Part shown: positions 16,769 through 25,352 of the stretch, piece after piece | How positions within the stretch are numbered: the stretch's first letter is position 1 | How the letters are laid out: each line of letters opens with the position of its first letter | Source: a virus | Virus record (IMG/VR): IMGVR_UViG_3300020036_000999 | Span: 1 to 38,078 of that record | DNA: 38,078 nucleotides | Direction: 5' to 3' (one strand) | Notes under the pieces: generated by a model | Database searches by the model: none | Seen by the model: the letters and a program-made list of their open reading frames with translations, nothing else | Told to the model about the DNA's origin: nothing | Program-made: the position numbers and the translations under genes

Positions 16769-19039
16769 TTATTTGATTGCTACAACTTTTGCAACAGGTT
16801 TCTGCTCTGCCAAATCCCGAAGGCTAGATTTGCTCATGTGCGCAAACTCAGGTGCGCAGAAGACGTGCTTCTTAGTCTTAACAGAGCGCGACGCACACAT
16901 ACCGACATCAACCCAACCTGCTTCTTCAAGCGCGTGGAACAGCGCGGCAGGCGGGAATTGTTTACTGCCAAACGACATAGCAGCTCGCTCACAAATTGCC
17001 TGAAAAGGAGAGGCAATCACGCCCGACGCAAACTCACCCATACGCAAAGAAATCATATCCAGCAGTGATGACTCAACAGCAGACATACCATTCTGCACCA
17101 GTGACATCTTAAAGTCCGTCATAGGTGCAGGCGCAGCAGGGTTGAACGCGCTAACGTCACGGTTAAACAACCAGTTAGCGATAAGGTCATATCCACCGTT
17201 GTTAAACCAGCTCCAAATACGCGACGCAACATCAGGCGGAAGACGCGACGCGTTGCTCCATGTACCAAACCACCGACGGTCACCCGATTCAAGCGACAGC
17301 GGCACACGGTCATTAGAGAACGCAAGCACGGCAAGACGGTTTACAAGATTGTAAGGGGCAAGACCTTTACGGTTAACTGATAGCATCTCAGGTGGCGCGG
17401 CGATGACTGGCTTGAGTTTGTTCGCAAGCATCCGACGTGCGGCGCTGTCTGCTTCTTTAAGCTCGTTAATGACTACGATTTCTGCTTCAAGATGATACCC
17501 CCACGCGGACTGAATCGTATCAGTAGACATCAGAGAGTAATTGCGCAGGTTAGGCCCGCATACGGCGTATATGAACGGCGCGTACATGGTGTCTTTACCG
17601 ATACCTTGACCGCCAGCGTGAAGGATAGCGTGGTTAATCTTAACGCGTGGGTTCTGCACCTTGAACGCCATGTAATCCCAGATATGCGCAAGCTCACGCT
17701 CATCTGGAACAAGAGATTTACAGTGGTCGAGCCATAGAGATATGTCGCCGCCCAAATTTCCGCCACGGGACGAATTGGGGCGGGCGTCGCGCCACCGGTT
17801 GCCGTAAAGCTCACCGTCACGCGTAGCAATAACAGAATCACCGGCAGCAAAGGTAATACCTGCAAGCACTTTAGCGCCCATCACCTGACGGTTTTCGTCA
17901 AAGCTCATTGCTGCTTCAACTTTACGGTCAGAGTGAATACTCTTGCACGACACATGACGGTAGACGGCGTTAAACGTCTGGCGTGAGAACTCACGACGGT
18001 TCTGCAAATCGAAATAAGAATCGTCAGACATAACGTACGCAAAGCGCTGATACCACTCTGCCTTCTCAAGCCGTGCGATTTCCTTCTGTTCGACTTCTGC
18101 AATAATAGCGGCGGCGTCAGTGCTGAACATATCCGACGGCTCAAGTTTGCCAATCGCATTGTGCATCACCTCCGCCAATATTTCCTCCCGAAGACCGTGT
18201 GAGTGCTTAGGTCCACCCATCTCAGCCACCCACGCGAGGTAAGTACGACTGTCCCATGACGAACAATGTCCGTGAAAGCAACAGTAAGCGCGGTTGAGCG
18301 GGTGGTATCTGCCCATCAACTGCCCATCAGTATGCTCGGCGTGGTTAGGGCAGACTACGCCAACCCAGCCTTCAGCATTAGCAGACTCCATCACGTCGCC
18401 ACGAGAGGCTAACCAGTCAAGCACTTCATCGTTGCCTGTGTCAATAATAGCGATTGGACGCACGGACGCGGTGTCAGCATCAGACGGGTGAACATCCAGC
18501 GCCGAGCAAATTTGGTCGAGGGTAAACTCACGCTCAGGGTGGAATTCTACAAGGATAGACTGAAACGATGCGCGGTCAGGCTTTAAATTGACCGACGCAG
18601 GCAGGCGAAAATTCCGCACAGGGTTAATTGCGCCGCTGTCAGTGTAGCCAGCGTCAGCGATTGCTTTAATAGCTGCACTGAATTCACCCTTAGTGGGCAT
18701 ATCATCTAAAGCGAAGGTGTAGCCCCATTGAAAATTTTGCGGTGAGGTCTCCATTATCCACGTCGGCTCAATGGGCGGGCGTAAACTCTTAGTGCCAATA
18801 TCATCAAGCACAAGGAAGGCGACATACTCGCAGTTGCCCGCACTCGCAGACGGTTTGCCCTCTTTAAAGCGTGACGTGATAAACGACGCGGTATTGCCAT
18901 ACCATGCACCCTTGCCATCGTACTTTGCTGGCAAGTAAGCTGGCCACGCAAACTGACCATTGTCTTTAGCTATTTGTTTGACCAGAAGGACGCTCTCGCC
19001 CTCAGGTGCAATACGTTCCAAATACTTAATAAAATTCAT
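16769..19039 (-). CDS. Bifunctional primase-helicase (AEP prim-pol N-terminus, Cys/His zinc region, SF3/D5/VirE-like P-loop helicase)
   Basis: DxD-type motif FLVLDDIG. CPNHAEH...CCFHGHC. Walker A GGQGIGKDT and Walker B VVINEL. Start refined to MNFIKYL (ATG 19039, ATGA overlap with the polymerase stop). Confidence 0.8.
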   Translation of the reverse strand: MNFIKYLERIAPEGESVLLVKQIAKDNGQFAWPAYLPAKYDGKGAWYGNTASFITSRFKEGKPSASAGNCEYVAFLVLDDIGTKSLRPPIEPTWIMETSPQNFQWGYTFALDDMPTKGEFSAAIKAIADAGYTDSGAINPVRNFRLPASVNLKPDRASFQSILVEFHPEREFTLDQICSALDVHPSDADTASVRPIAIIDTGNDEVLDWLASRGDVMESANAEGWVGVVCPNHAEHTDGQLMGRYHPLNRAYCCFHGHCSSWDSRTYLAWVAEMGGPKHSHGLREEILAEVMHNAIGKLEPSDMFSTDAAAIIAEVEQKEIARLEKAEWYQRFAYVMSDDSYFDLQNRREFSRQTFNAVYRHVSCKSIHSDRKVEAAMSFDENRQVMGAKVLAGITFAAGDSVIATRDGELYGNRWRDARPNSSRGGNLGGDISLWLDHCKSLVPDERELAHIWDYMAFKVQNPRVKINHAILHAGGQGIGKDTMYAPFIYAVCGPNLRNYSLMSTDTIQSAWGYHLEAEIVVINELKEADSAARRMLANKLKPVIAAPPEMLSVNRKGLAPYNLVNRLAVLAFSNDRVPLSLESGDRRWFGTWSNASRLPPDVASRIWSWFNNGGYDLIANWLFNRDVSAFNPAAPAPMTDFKMSLVQNGMSAVESSLLDMISLRMGEFASGVIASPFQAICERAAMSFGSKQFPPAALFHALEEAGWVDVGMCASRSVKTKKHVFCAPEFAHMSKSSLRDLAEQKPVAKVVAIK

Positions 19040-20949
19040 TTTCCATATCTCTCTAATGTTGATACACCAACGGCTAGCGGTAAGCCTTCTGCCCATGCAG
19101 GAGCGCTACACATCACCGTTTCCAAGTCTTGCGCGGCGCTTTCCGCGTCTTCTTTTTTCACTTCTAAGACGATTTCATCGTGAACATGAAGCACGACAGT
19201 ATGCCCGATTCGACGCAACGCGTCACGAAGTAAATCGTTGGCAATCGCTTGTGTAATATTCTCACAAGCAAGTCCAGCCCATAGCCTAGCTCGCGGCCAT
19301 TCAACTGCATCAGCAGCGGGTTTCCACGCCGCCTTAGCGTAAGATACGCTACCGTCTTCAATGTATGCCGACGGGTAGCACAGCACCCGACCCGAAGGCA
19401 GGGCGTACCACAAATTCACGCCATCAAACAGATACGTCACGCGCCCAGCGGTAAACTCACGACCTTTGTGACGCATGGCGCACATATACGCCCGCTCAAG
19501 CTCACCCCAGTAGCGCACTGCCCAAGTGTTACTGCGACGCCACGCGTCAACGGTACGTTTAGCCTCCGCTTCAGGCAGTGAGATGCCATAGGCTTTGCCC
19601 ATTGCACCAAACGCGCCAGCACCACCCATATAACCACACGACAGAATCGCCACTTTACCTATCTGACGTTGGTCAGGCGTGATGGCGTCCATTGGACGGT
19701 TAAAGATACCTGCCGCCGCGCGAATGTAGATGTCCTCACCCGTGCGAAACACATCAAGCACATCTTCACTGCCATGCTGCAAACTAGCCCAAGGCGTCAC
19801 ACGCGCTTCAATACCTGCCCAATCTGCTACCACGAACACATTACCATCGGCAGGTATTAGCGCAGGGCGAAGCATACCTTTTAGAACGTCCGTAACGCGC
19901 TTGCCATGCACTGGAACGATGTTGCGCCCGATGACCATATCATCGCGCACTCGCTGTGGCTCTTTAGCGCATTTACGCGTGAAGTTATGCACCTGCGCAC
20001 CATATGACGACGCTCGACCAGTTGCACTGCCACCGTTGAACACAAACGCGCCACGCACACGGTGGTCTTCAAAGTCCGCAAGGTAAAGCAGACGATTAAA
20101 CTTCGCCACCGACGACGCCCACAGGTCATCAGCGCACTGAATCACCTCACCAACGTGCGAGGGGATTTCCTCTGGGTCGTCAATCAACATCAAATTAGCG
20201 CGAACGCTTTTATCAATGGAATACTTCTCACCGTTCCACATCAACGCACGCGCCGCAGGGCCGACACGCTCAAGCACCCACTCACGCATCTTAGGCGAGC
20301 GAACGGACTTAATTGCACCGTCGGTCAGCTCCACGACACGCGATTGGATTTCTTCAAGCTCGACACTGGCGTAACGCATTGCGGCGCGACACAGGTCAAC
20401 GTCCACGAGAACACCCGCGTCGTTAATGCGCTCATTGACGTGATAATCCGCAAGCTCGTCATCAGTCAATTGACGTAGCGCAGTAGACACTGCTCGCATA
20501 GTCCGAACGTCTTGACGGCAATACTCGATAAGCTCAGGTAGCAGTTTGGTGTTAAATGGTGGAGTGCAGCACTGCTTGACTAGCATCTTGCCTCGGTGGT
20601 CTTTGCGCATTTCGCTAGAGATAGCACGACCAACGTCTTCTAAACTGCCGGGAAGACAATTAGCGCGGGCTTGCACAGCCGTGCAGTAAAACTGCTCTAA
20701 CTTAAAGTCTATCTGTAGAACGTACCAAAAGATTAACCGCTCAAAGGCAGCGTTATGCGCGCGTATCTGACCCGTGTAGTTGCGCACGTCATCGGGGAAC
20801 GGCAAGTTAGGCGTCCATGTCTGCACGTCACCATCATCAAAGGCGTAGCACATACACAGCACGTCAGTAGATAGGTCTTGCGCGTAATTGTAGACGCCGT
20901 GCTTGGGCAGGTCACATTCGCTCTTTGTTTCAAAGTCAATATATAGCAT
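19036..20949 (-). CDS. Family A DNA polymerase with an N-terminal 3'-5' exonuclease
   Basis: ExoI IDFETKS, ExoII HNAAFE, ExoIII YCRQDV. Pol motif A VVADWAGIEAR, motif B RQIGKVAILSCGYMGG, motif C LHVHDEIV. Start refined to MLYIDFET (ATG 20949, TGATG overlap). Confidence 0.9.
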   Translation of the reverse strand: MLYIDFETKSECDLPKHGVYNYAQDLSTDVLCMCYAFDDGDVQTWTPNLPFPDDVRNYTGQIRAHNAAFERLIFWYVLQIDFKLEQFYCTAVQARANCLPGSLEDVGRAISSEMRKDHRGKMLVKQCCTPPFNTKLLPELIEYCRQDVRTMRAVSTALRQLTDDELADYHVNERINDAGVLVDVDLCRAAMRYASVELEEIQSRVVELTDGAIKSVRSPKMREWVLERVGPAARALMWNGEKYSIDKSVRANLMLIDDPEEIPSHVGEVIQCADDLWASSVAKFNRLLYLADFEDHRVRGAFVFNGGSATGRASSYGAQVHNFTRKCAKEPQRVRDDMVIGRNIVPVHGKRVTDVLKGMLRPALIPADGNVFVVADWAGIEARVTPWASLQHGSEDVLDVFRTGEDIYIRAAAGIFNRPMDAITPDQRQIGKVAILSCGYMGGAGAFGAMGKAYGISLPEAEAKRTVDAWRRSNTWAVRYWGELERAYMCAMRHKGREFTAGRVTYLFDGVNLWYALPSGRVLCYPSAYIEDGSVSYAKAAWKPAADAVEWPRARLWAGLACENITQAIANDLLRDALRRIGHTVVLHVHDEIVLEVKKEDAESAAQDLETVMCSAPAWAEGLPLAVGVSTLERYGK

Positions 20950-21818
20950 CAAAACACCTCGCACGATTCTGAACACGCACCGGCAGAGTCTAAATCATCA
21001 TTAAAATTAGCCATAGTAACTCTGTACCCATCCACAAAAGGTTCAAAAGGCAGTTTTGCTTCAGCTAGAATATCTTTAGTAGATTTAGCACCTCGAAAAA
21101 ATACACGCTGATACTCAGGGTCTAAATTAAAACCGGCGTTACCATACATAGCCTCCATTCTTGCAGGAAAATCAAAGATAGCAGGGTTTTCTTTAGCTAA
21201 AGTTAATAACTTACGTTTAGACTTTTTCCAACACCATTTACAATTACCTTCATGTTCGTGCAAATTAAGCCTAAAAGGTTGCAGTTCCCAAAAGTTTCTA
21301 ACTTCTTGCTTAGTAATTTTTAAATCAATTAACGGGTAGATGATTCTGTTTTCTGAAAACTTGGCGCTAACCCTATCAAGCTCATCTAACCGAATACCTA
21401 TGGCAGTATCATACGACCCGCTTTCCCACCCTAAATTGCGAACGTATTTAGTTATAGGCGCTAACTTTAGTTCTCTTGTGCAAATAGGCTGCTTTTGATT
21501 AGGTATGCCGTACTTTTTAATAATTTCTTCAAATGGCTCACCTAACCTAGAAGCAGACGCAAAATCTACCACGTTAAATCCTGAACCTTTGCGTTCGTTA
21601 TGGAATACTTTAGTTTCAAGCCATACGACATTAAAGTTAAAATGCTTGTCACATAAGTCAACGAATTTCAATGTAGCTTCGCTTTCTTGTCCAGTATTGG
21701 CAAACAAAACAACGGTTTCTTTATAGGGGTTATTTTTTAGCAATAGCGAGGTCATAAAACCTGAAGTTTCTCCGCCGCTAAAACTTATTAAAAGTCTGTC
21801 TTTTTTATTTGTATTCAT
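20949..21818 (-). CDS. PP-loop ATP pyrophosphatase, PAPS-reductase-family protein with C-terminal Cys motifs
   Basis: PP-loop SFSGGETS at residues 12-19. CKWCWKKS and CSESC occur near the C-terminus. About 37% GC versus about 60% in a sampled line of the adjacent polymerase gene. Confidence 0.7.
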   Translation of the reverse strand: MNTNKKDRLLISFSGGETSGFMTSLLLKNNPYKETVVLFANTGQESEATLKFVDLCDKHFNFNVVWLETKVFHNERKGSGFNVVDFASASRLGEPFEEIIKKYGIPNQKQPICTRELKLAPITKYVRNLGWESGSYDTAIGIRLDELDRVSAKFSENRIIYPLIDLKITKQEVRNFWELQPFRLNLHEHEGNCKWCWKKSKRKLLTLAKENPAIFDFPARMEAMYGNAGFNLDPEYQRVFFRGAKSTKDILAEAKLPFEPFVDGYRVTMANFNDDLDSAGACSESCEVF

Positions 21819-21843
21819 AAAAAAAGGCGGCCTTTCAGCCGCC
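21819..21843 (-). terminator. Rho-independent terminator-like hairpin abutting the start codon of the PP-loop gene
   Basis: Minus strand: GGCGGC-tgaaag-GCCGCC-TTTTTTT, followed directly by ATG (21818). There is no SD between the hairpin and the ATG. Confidence 0.6.
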
Positions 21844-21857
21844 CCTCTCCTTATCGG

Positions 21858-22496
21858 TTATGCGCGTCTGCGGCGGGTGGCAGGCGCTTCATCCTCGACA
21901 GCTTCTTCTTTTGGCGCAGGCTCACCATCTAGGCTAATCCACTCCACAATGTCAAACATCGGTGTGTAGATACGCCCGTAGGCTTTATGCTGATAATGTT
22001 CTTTGCCCAAAGAAACAACAGCCACTGGCTTACTTTGGTCTGTTTCTACTTGATTGGCAATGTTGACCGCTAAGGTCTGCACTGCGCGTTTACCACCCAC
22101 GCTAGTGACGGTGTAGCGTACTTCTTCGCCTTTATCTTCACCATCTATACATTTGAGCGAAAAGCCCACTTGCGTTTCCCAGCCACGTTTAGCGGCGGCA
22201 GGCGCAGGGTCTAGTTGTGGCAATGGCTCAGTAACGCTAACCATCTTTTCACCTAGCACTTCACCCTCGCCCCATGCAATAAAACCATGCGTAAAGCTGA
22301 ACGGATTAACTGCCCAAATGCTGTCATTGTCTACTTCGGTTTCTGACGCGCCATATACCCAATGGCCTGTTCTATCCATTTTAAGGATAGTCACGCCGCC
22401 AGCCGTGCTGGTGTCGGTTTGAATGTTGCGAAGTGCGCTGCTGATTGAATTTACTGCTGGAAGGTTGGCGTTGCCAAATACGGTTAATGATGTCAT
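21858..22496 (-). CDS. Hypothetical protein, candidate ssDNA-binding/annealing partner of the exonuclease
   Basis: 212 aa, immediately downstream of the Cas4-like exonuclease. Acidic C-terminal stretch PKEEAVEDEAP followed by RRRRA. No family recognised. Confidence 0.3.
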   Translation of the reverse strand: MTSLTVFGNANLPAVNSISSALRNIQTDTSTAGGVTILKMDRTGHWVYGASETEVDNDSIWAVNPFSFTHGFIAWGEGEVLGEKMVSVTEPLPQLDPAPAAAKRGWETQVGFSLKCIDGEDKGEEVRYTVTSVGGKRAVQTLAVNIANQVETDQSKPVAVVSLGKEHYQHKAYGRIYTPMFDIVEWISLDGEPAPKEEAVEDEAPATRRRRA

Positions 22497-22508
22497 TTTA
22501 ATTTACCT

Positions 22509-23627
22509 TTAAAGTTTATTGAGGGCATTTGTTAATTGTTGCCCGATTAGTAAGACAGTAGGGCGGGGGTCACTTTCGTGCGCCATCGTACTGCCAGAAG
22601 ATACCACTGCAACGACGTCCGTTGGCATAGGCAGTTTCAGAGCCTTTAATTTCTTCTCTGCCTGTGCCGGTGAAACTAATTTAGAATCGTAGATGTCATC
22701 GTTTGTTAAACCAAGCGCCAGAAGCGACTCAACTGCTTCTGACTCATTAGTCCATTTTCTTGTCCCTCGTTTAGCTACTAATTTGTAGTTAGGGACAGGT
22801 TTACCCGCTTCGAGCATTTGAAACGCAAGCGCTCTCAAATCGGTAATCCATTGTTCCAGAATCTCAGCCTGTTGTAAATAGTTTGCAATAGAATCTGCAT
22901 CAATATTATCTAGCGACGCCTGCAACGCTCTATCTACCTCACCTGTCATTAAAGGACAAGTTGGTTTAGCTGCGCACCACTTGCAGTGCTTACCGCTAGC
23001 TAATGGCGCGTCAGGTGCGTCAGACAAATCGATAGCCTTCTTAAGTGTATTTTCAAACTCTCTAATGCGTTTAAAGGTGGTTTTCCAGCGCTTGACCGAC
23101 GGAGGCTGAACAATCACAAGCTCAATAGACGCCGCGCCATCAAACACCCATTCTAGCCCTTTTGTGCGCATAGCGGCGGCGGCATAGAACATGAGCTGTT
23201 CGTTCTCCTCCACTTCTACGCTAACGCCACTGCCAAACTTCCAATCTAATATGACGGCGCGGTCACCAAGGCGTCCAATAAGGTCAACGCTACCAAACAC
23301 CTCAGGCAAGAAGTCACCATAACTGACATTGGCTTCAACGGTAAACTCCATCGACTTGGTAGGGTCAATTTCATCAAGCGCCGCTAGCGCCGGCTCAATC
23401 TTTTCCTTTGCCAGCTCAGTTGTCATATCAATGCCAGCATAAGATAGACTGTAGATGTTGAAGTTATCCTCAGTGAGTAATTTCTCCATTGCAAGGTGGC
23501 AAAGTGTACCTTCATCGGCAAACGATGACGACGGCTTAGGTGGCATTTGTTGCACCAACTTAACACTGGCTGGGCAGGCGATAACACGTTTGGCGGTGCT
23601 ACCGCCGGCGATACTTGAATGGCTCAT
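22509..23627 (-). CDS. PD-(D/E)XK Cas4-like exonuclease (DUF2800-like)
   Basis: Start refined to MSHSSIAGGSTAKRVIACPAS (GAGGAAactaaaATG). D...DWK nuclease motif (VDLIG...ILDWKFG). C-terminal CKWCAAKPTC plus an N-terminal Cys, i.e. Cas4-type 4-Cys cluster spacing. Confidence 0.75.
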   Translation of the reverse strand: MSHSSIAGGSTAKRVIACPASVKLVQQMPPKPSSSFADEGTLCHLAMEKLLTEDNFNIYSLSYAGIDMTTELAKEKIEPALAALDEIDPTKSMEFTVEANVSYGDFLPEVFGSVDLIGRLGDRAVILDWKFGSGVSVEVEENEQLMFYAAAAMRTKGLEWVFDGAASIELVIVQPPSVKRWKTTFKRIREFENTLKKAIDLSDAPDAPLASGKHCKWCAAKPTCPLMTGEVDRALQASLDNIDADSIANYLQQAEILEQWITDLRALAFQMLEAGKPVPNYKLVAKRGTRKWTNESEAVESLLALGLTNDDIYDSKLVSPAQAEKKLKALKLPMPTDVVAVVSSGSTMAHESDPRPTVLLIGQQLTNALNKL

Positions 23628-23668
23628 TTTAGTTTCCTCTAGTTTAGTGAGATTGCAGTATATCAAAA

Positions 23669-23702
23669 AAAGTTTGCAAAGAAAAGTTTGCAATGATAAA
23701 CT
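23669..23702 (+). promoter_or_regulatory. Candidate promoter for the plus-strand middle operon, with the direct repeat AAAGTTTGCAA x2
   Basis: Repeats at 23669..23679 and 23683..23693. TTGCAA (23674..23679), 17 nt, TAAACT (23697..23702). The predicted transcription start falls at about 23709, the A of the VRR-NUC ATG. Confidence 0.4.
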
Positions 23703-23708
23703 TTAGTC

Positions 23709-23984
23709 ATGTTAGAAAAAGACATCGAAAAACATCTAATAAAAGTCGTCAAAGAGCTTGGCGGCAAATCATATAAGTTCACCTCCCCTGCTTGTCGGGG
23801 AGTGGCAGATAGAATCGTGTGTCTACCGAATGGCAGTACATGGTTTATTGAGCTTAAAACCGCAGGTGGCAGTCTGTCAGCACTGCAAAAAGTCTTTGCA
23901 TCAGATATGAGCAAACTTAATCAAAAGTACGCTTGCCTCTGGAGCAAAGAAGATATTAACAACTGGAGAGAAAACAATGATTGA
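23709..23984 (+). CDS. VRR-NUC domain nuclease
   Basis: 91 aa. GVADRIVCLPNGSTWFIELKTAGGSLSALQ matches the VRR-NUC PD-(D/E)XK core (G.pD......g...fiE.K.....ls..Q). Confidence 0.75.
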   Translation: MLEKDIEKHLIKVVKELGGKSYKFTSPACRGVADRIVCLPNGSTWFIELKTAGGSLSALQKVFASDMSKLNQKYACLWSKEDINNWRENND

Positions 23985-24123
23985 ATTTGTACAGTACCTT
24001 GATGAAAGCAATTTAGCGTACCTTATTATGCTGTTTTGTTTCTTGCTAATGGCGCGTTTGCATCTTAATGCGTTAACTGAAATTGCGCGTCTTCGCAAAA
24101 TTATGAAGCAGGTGATGAGATGA
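23977..24123 (+). CDS. 48-aa single-TM protein (not in the ORF track)
   Basis: Manual translation: MIEFVQYLDESNLAYLIMLFCFLLMARLHLNALTEIARLRKIMKQVMR. Overlaps the VRR-NUC stop by 8 nt, and its stop overlaps the next ATG. Confidence 0.4.
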   Translation: MIEFVQYLDESNLAYLIMLFCFLLMARLHLNALTEIARLRKIMKQVMR

Positions 24124-24368
24124 GTGCAACTTTACTTCTCACATTATCTTTTTTGACTGTCGATACCAATATCGACAAGAAAGGGCGCACTACGACGCAT
24201 GAAACGATTGCGTACACAACCAGCGCTATACCCTACGAGTCTATGCGGGCGTGTACTAACGCTCGTGAAGAATGGAATCTTGCTATTGGAGCTTACCAAA
24301 TGAGTAAGCGCCCTACTCGCATCATAATGGCGGTGTGTAATGACAGCGCAATGGGAGTGGTAGAGTGA
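24120..24368 (+). CDS. Hypothetical protein with a hydrophobic, signal-like N-terminus
   Basis: 82-aa ORF, ATGA-coupled upstream. Confidence 0.45.
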   Translation: MSATLLLTLSFLTVDTNIDKKGRTTTHETIAYTTSAIPYESMRACTNAREEWNLAIGAYQMSKRPTRIIMAVCNDSAMGVVE

Positions 24369-24565
24369 CCGAGATAACTTTAAAAGCCTACTGCGCGGCA
24401 CATAAAGTTAGCCGCACCAGTATGGACTATCACATCGTTAAGATGGGGGTATATCCTGCCGGCAGTATAAGATTATCCGAAGCAGGCGCACCGTCATTCT
24501 TGTGGCGCGTTAAAGATTTAGACAAAGCCAGACTTAGACTTGGCATTAGAGGGAATGGAAAATGA
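24365..24565 (+). CDS. Small putative helix-turn-helix (HTH) DNA-binding protein
   Basis: 66 aa. GTG start overlaps the upstream stop (GTGA), with GGGAG 8 nt upstream. LKAYCAAHKVSRTSMDYHIVKMG looks like a helix-turn-helix. Confidence 0.4.
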   Translation: MTEITLKAYCAAHKVSRTSMDYHIVKMGVYPAGSIRLSEAGAPSFLWRVKDLDKARLRLGIRGNGK

Positions 24566-24765
24566 AAGACGAATACAAAGGTTGGGTGGTCGCAGTTATA
24601 TTTGCAACGTGTTTTATCATAGCGCAAGCGACTAACTATGTGGACAACAAGCACCGGCACACTATCATCAAAACCAATATTGGTGAGTTTATTCTTCGCG
24701 ACGGTAAACTGTATGGTGTGTATGAAATGTCCAGAGATGTGCAAGGTAATATGGTGTCAAAATGA
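24562..24765 (+). CDS. Hypothetical single-TM protein
   Basis: 67 aa, ATGA-coupled. TM segment WVVAVIFATCFIIA. Confidence 0.45.
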   Translation: MKDEYKGWVVAVIFATCFIIAQATNYVDNKHRHTIIKTNIGEFILRDGKLYGVYEMSRDVQGNMVSK

Positions 24766-24896
24766 CTAAAGATGAACTTTATAAACGCCTAACGACGGCG
24801 CAGAAAAACAAAAAGGAATTGAAGAAAATTAAACTTCAACTCCTCAAAGAAATCGAGCAGTTGAAATTGATGCTCAGAGCATTGGAGGAAGGGTAA
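24762..24896 (+). CDS. 44-aa coiled-coil micro-protein (not in the ORF track)
   Basis: MTKDELYKRLTTAQKNKKELKKIKLQLLKEIEQLKLMLRALEEG. ATGA-coupled upstream. Confidence 0.4.
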   Translation: MTKDELYKRLTTAQKNKKELKKIKLQLLKEIEQLKLMLRALEEG

Positions 24897-24957
24897 TGGA
24901 AATAGATGATGTTGCAGCGCTCATGTTTTACATTGGCGTACTATTTTTAACGGGGGT

Positions 24958-25122
24958 ATGGCTATGTCATTAGTTAAGCCTGTATCTCCAGTAACACCTG
25001 CGCCAACAGCCGTTGACTGTAAACATGACCATTGGCGCGTATATAATAGCCTTGGTTACCGCGAGTGTGACCGATGCAAAGAACAAAGACCCATTTTTAA
25101 CGATATACGGCATCAAAGATGA
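24958..25122 (+). CDS. 54-aa Cys/His-rich micro-protein (not in the ORF track)
   Basis: MAMSLVKPVSPVTPAPTAVDCKHDHWRVYNSLGYRECDRCKEQRPIFNDIRHQR. The alternative start ATG 24964 has better GGGGG spacing. The stop overlaps the next ATG (ATGA). Confidence 0.4.
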   Translation: MAMSLVKPVSPVTPAPTAVDCKHDHWRVYNSLGYRECDRCKEQRPIFNDIRHQR

Positions 25123-25352
25123 ACATTTCACAGATTTTTATTGGTTTGTCACCATTTTTAAAAGACAGATTTACAAGCGAGGTATTTACGCTTGGGCTTA
25201 TTAACGAGCTAAACGAGCAACGCTTTCGTGCTAGATGCAGACGATTGATACGTCAGCACAACGGCGAAACGCGCAAGCTGTACAAAGCGCTAAACAACTT
25301 AACAATGAATGACAGATTGCGATTTTTTGATGTGGTGAGCGGACATGAATGA
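25119..25352 (+). CDS. Hypothetical protein
   Basis: 77-aa ORF, coupled on both sides. Confidence 0.45.
   Translation: MNISQIFIGLSPFLKDRFTSEVFTLGLINELNEQRFRARCRRLIRQHNGETRKLYKALNNLTMNDRLRFFDVVSGHE

Noticed and set aside
23628-23693. N-terminal extension of the exonuclease ORF (MQTFLCKLFLIYCNLTKLEETK)
   Set aside because: It would run through the divergent promoter repeats. MSHSSIAGGST at 23627 has a GAGGAA SD and matches the usual N-terminus of this nuclease family. The same logic was applied to the primase-helicase (19096 -> 19039), the polymerase (20976 -> 20949) and terL (13821 -> 13812).
25013-25204. 63-aa plus-strand ORF overlapping the 54-aa and 77-aa coupled ORFs
   Set aside because: It breaks the otherwise unbroken stop-start coupling chain and has no SD. 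The coupled frames are preferred.
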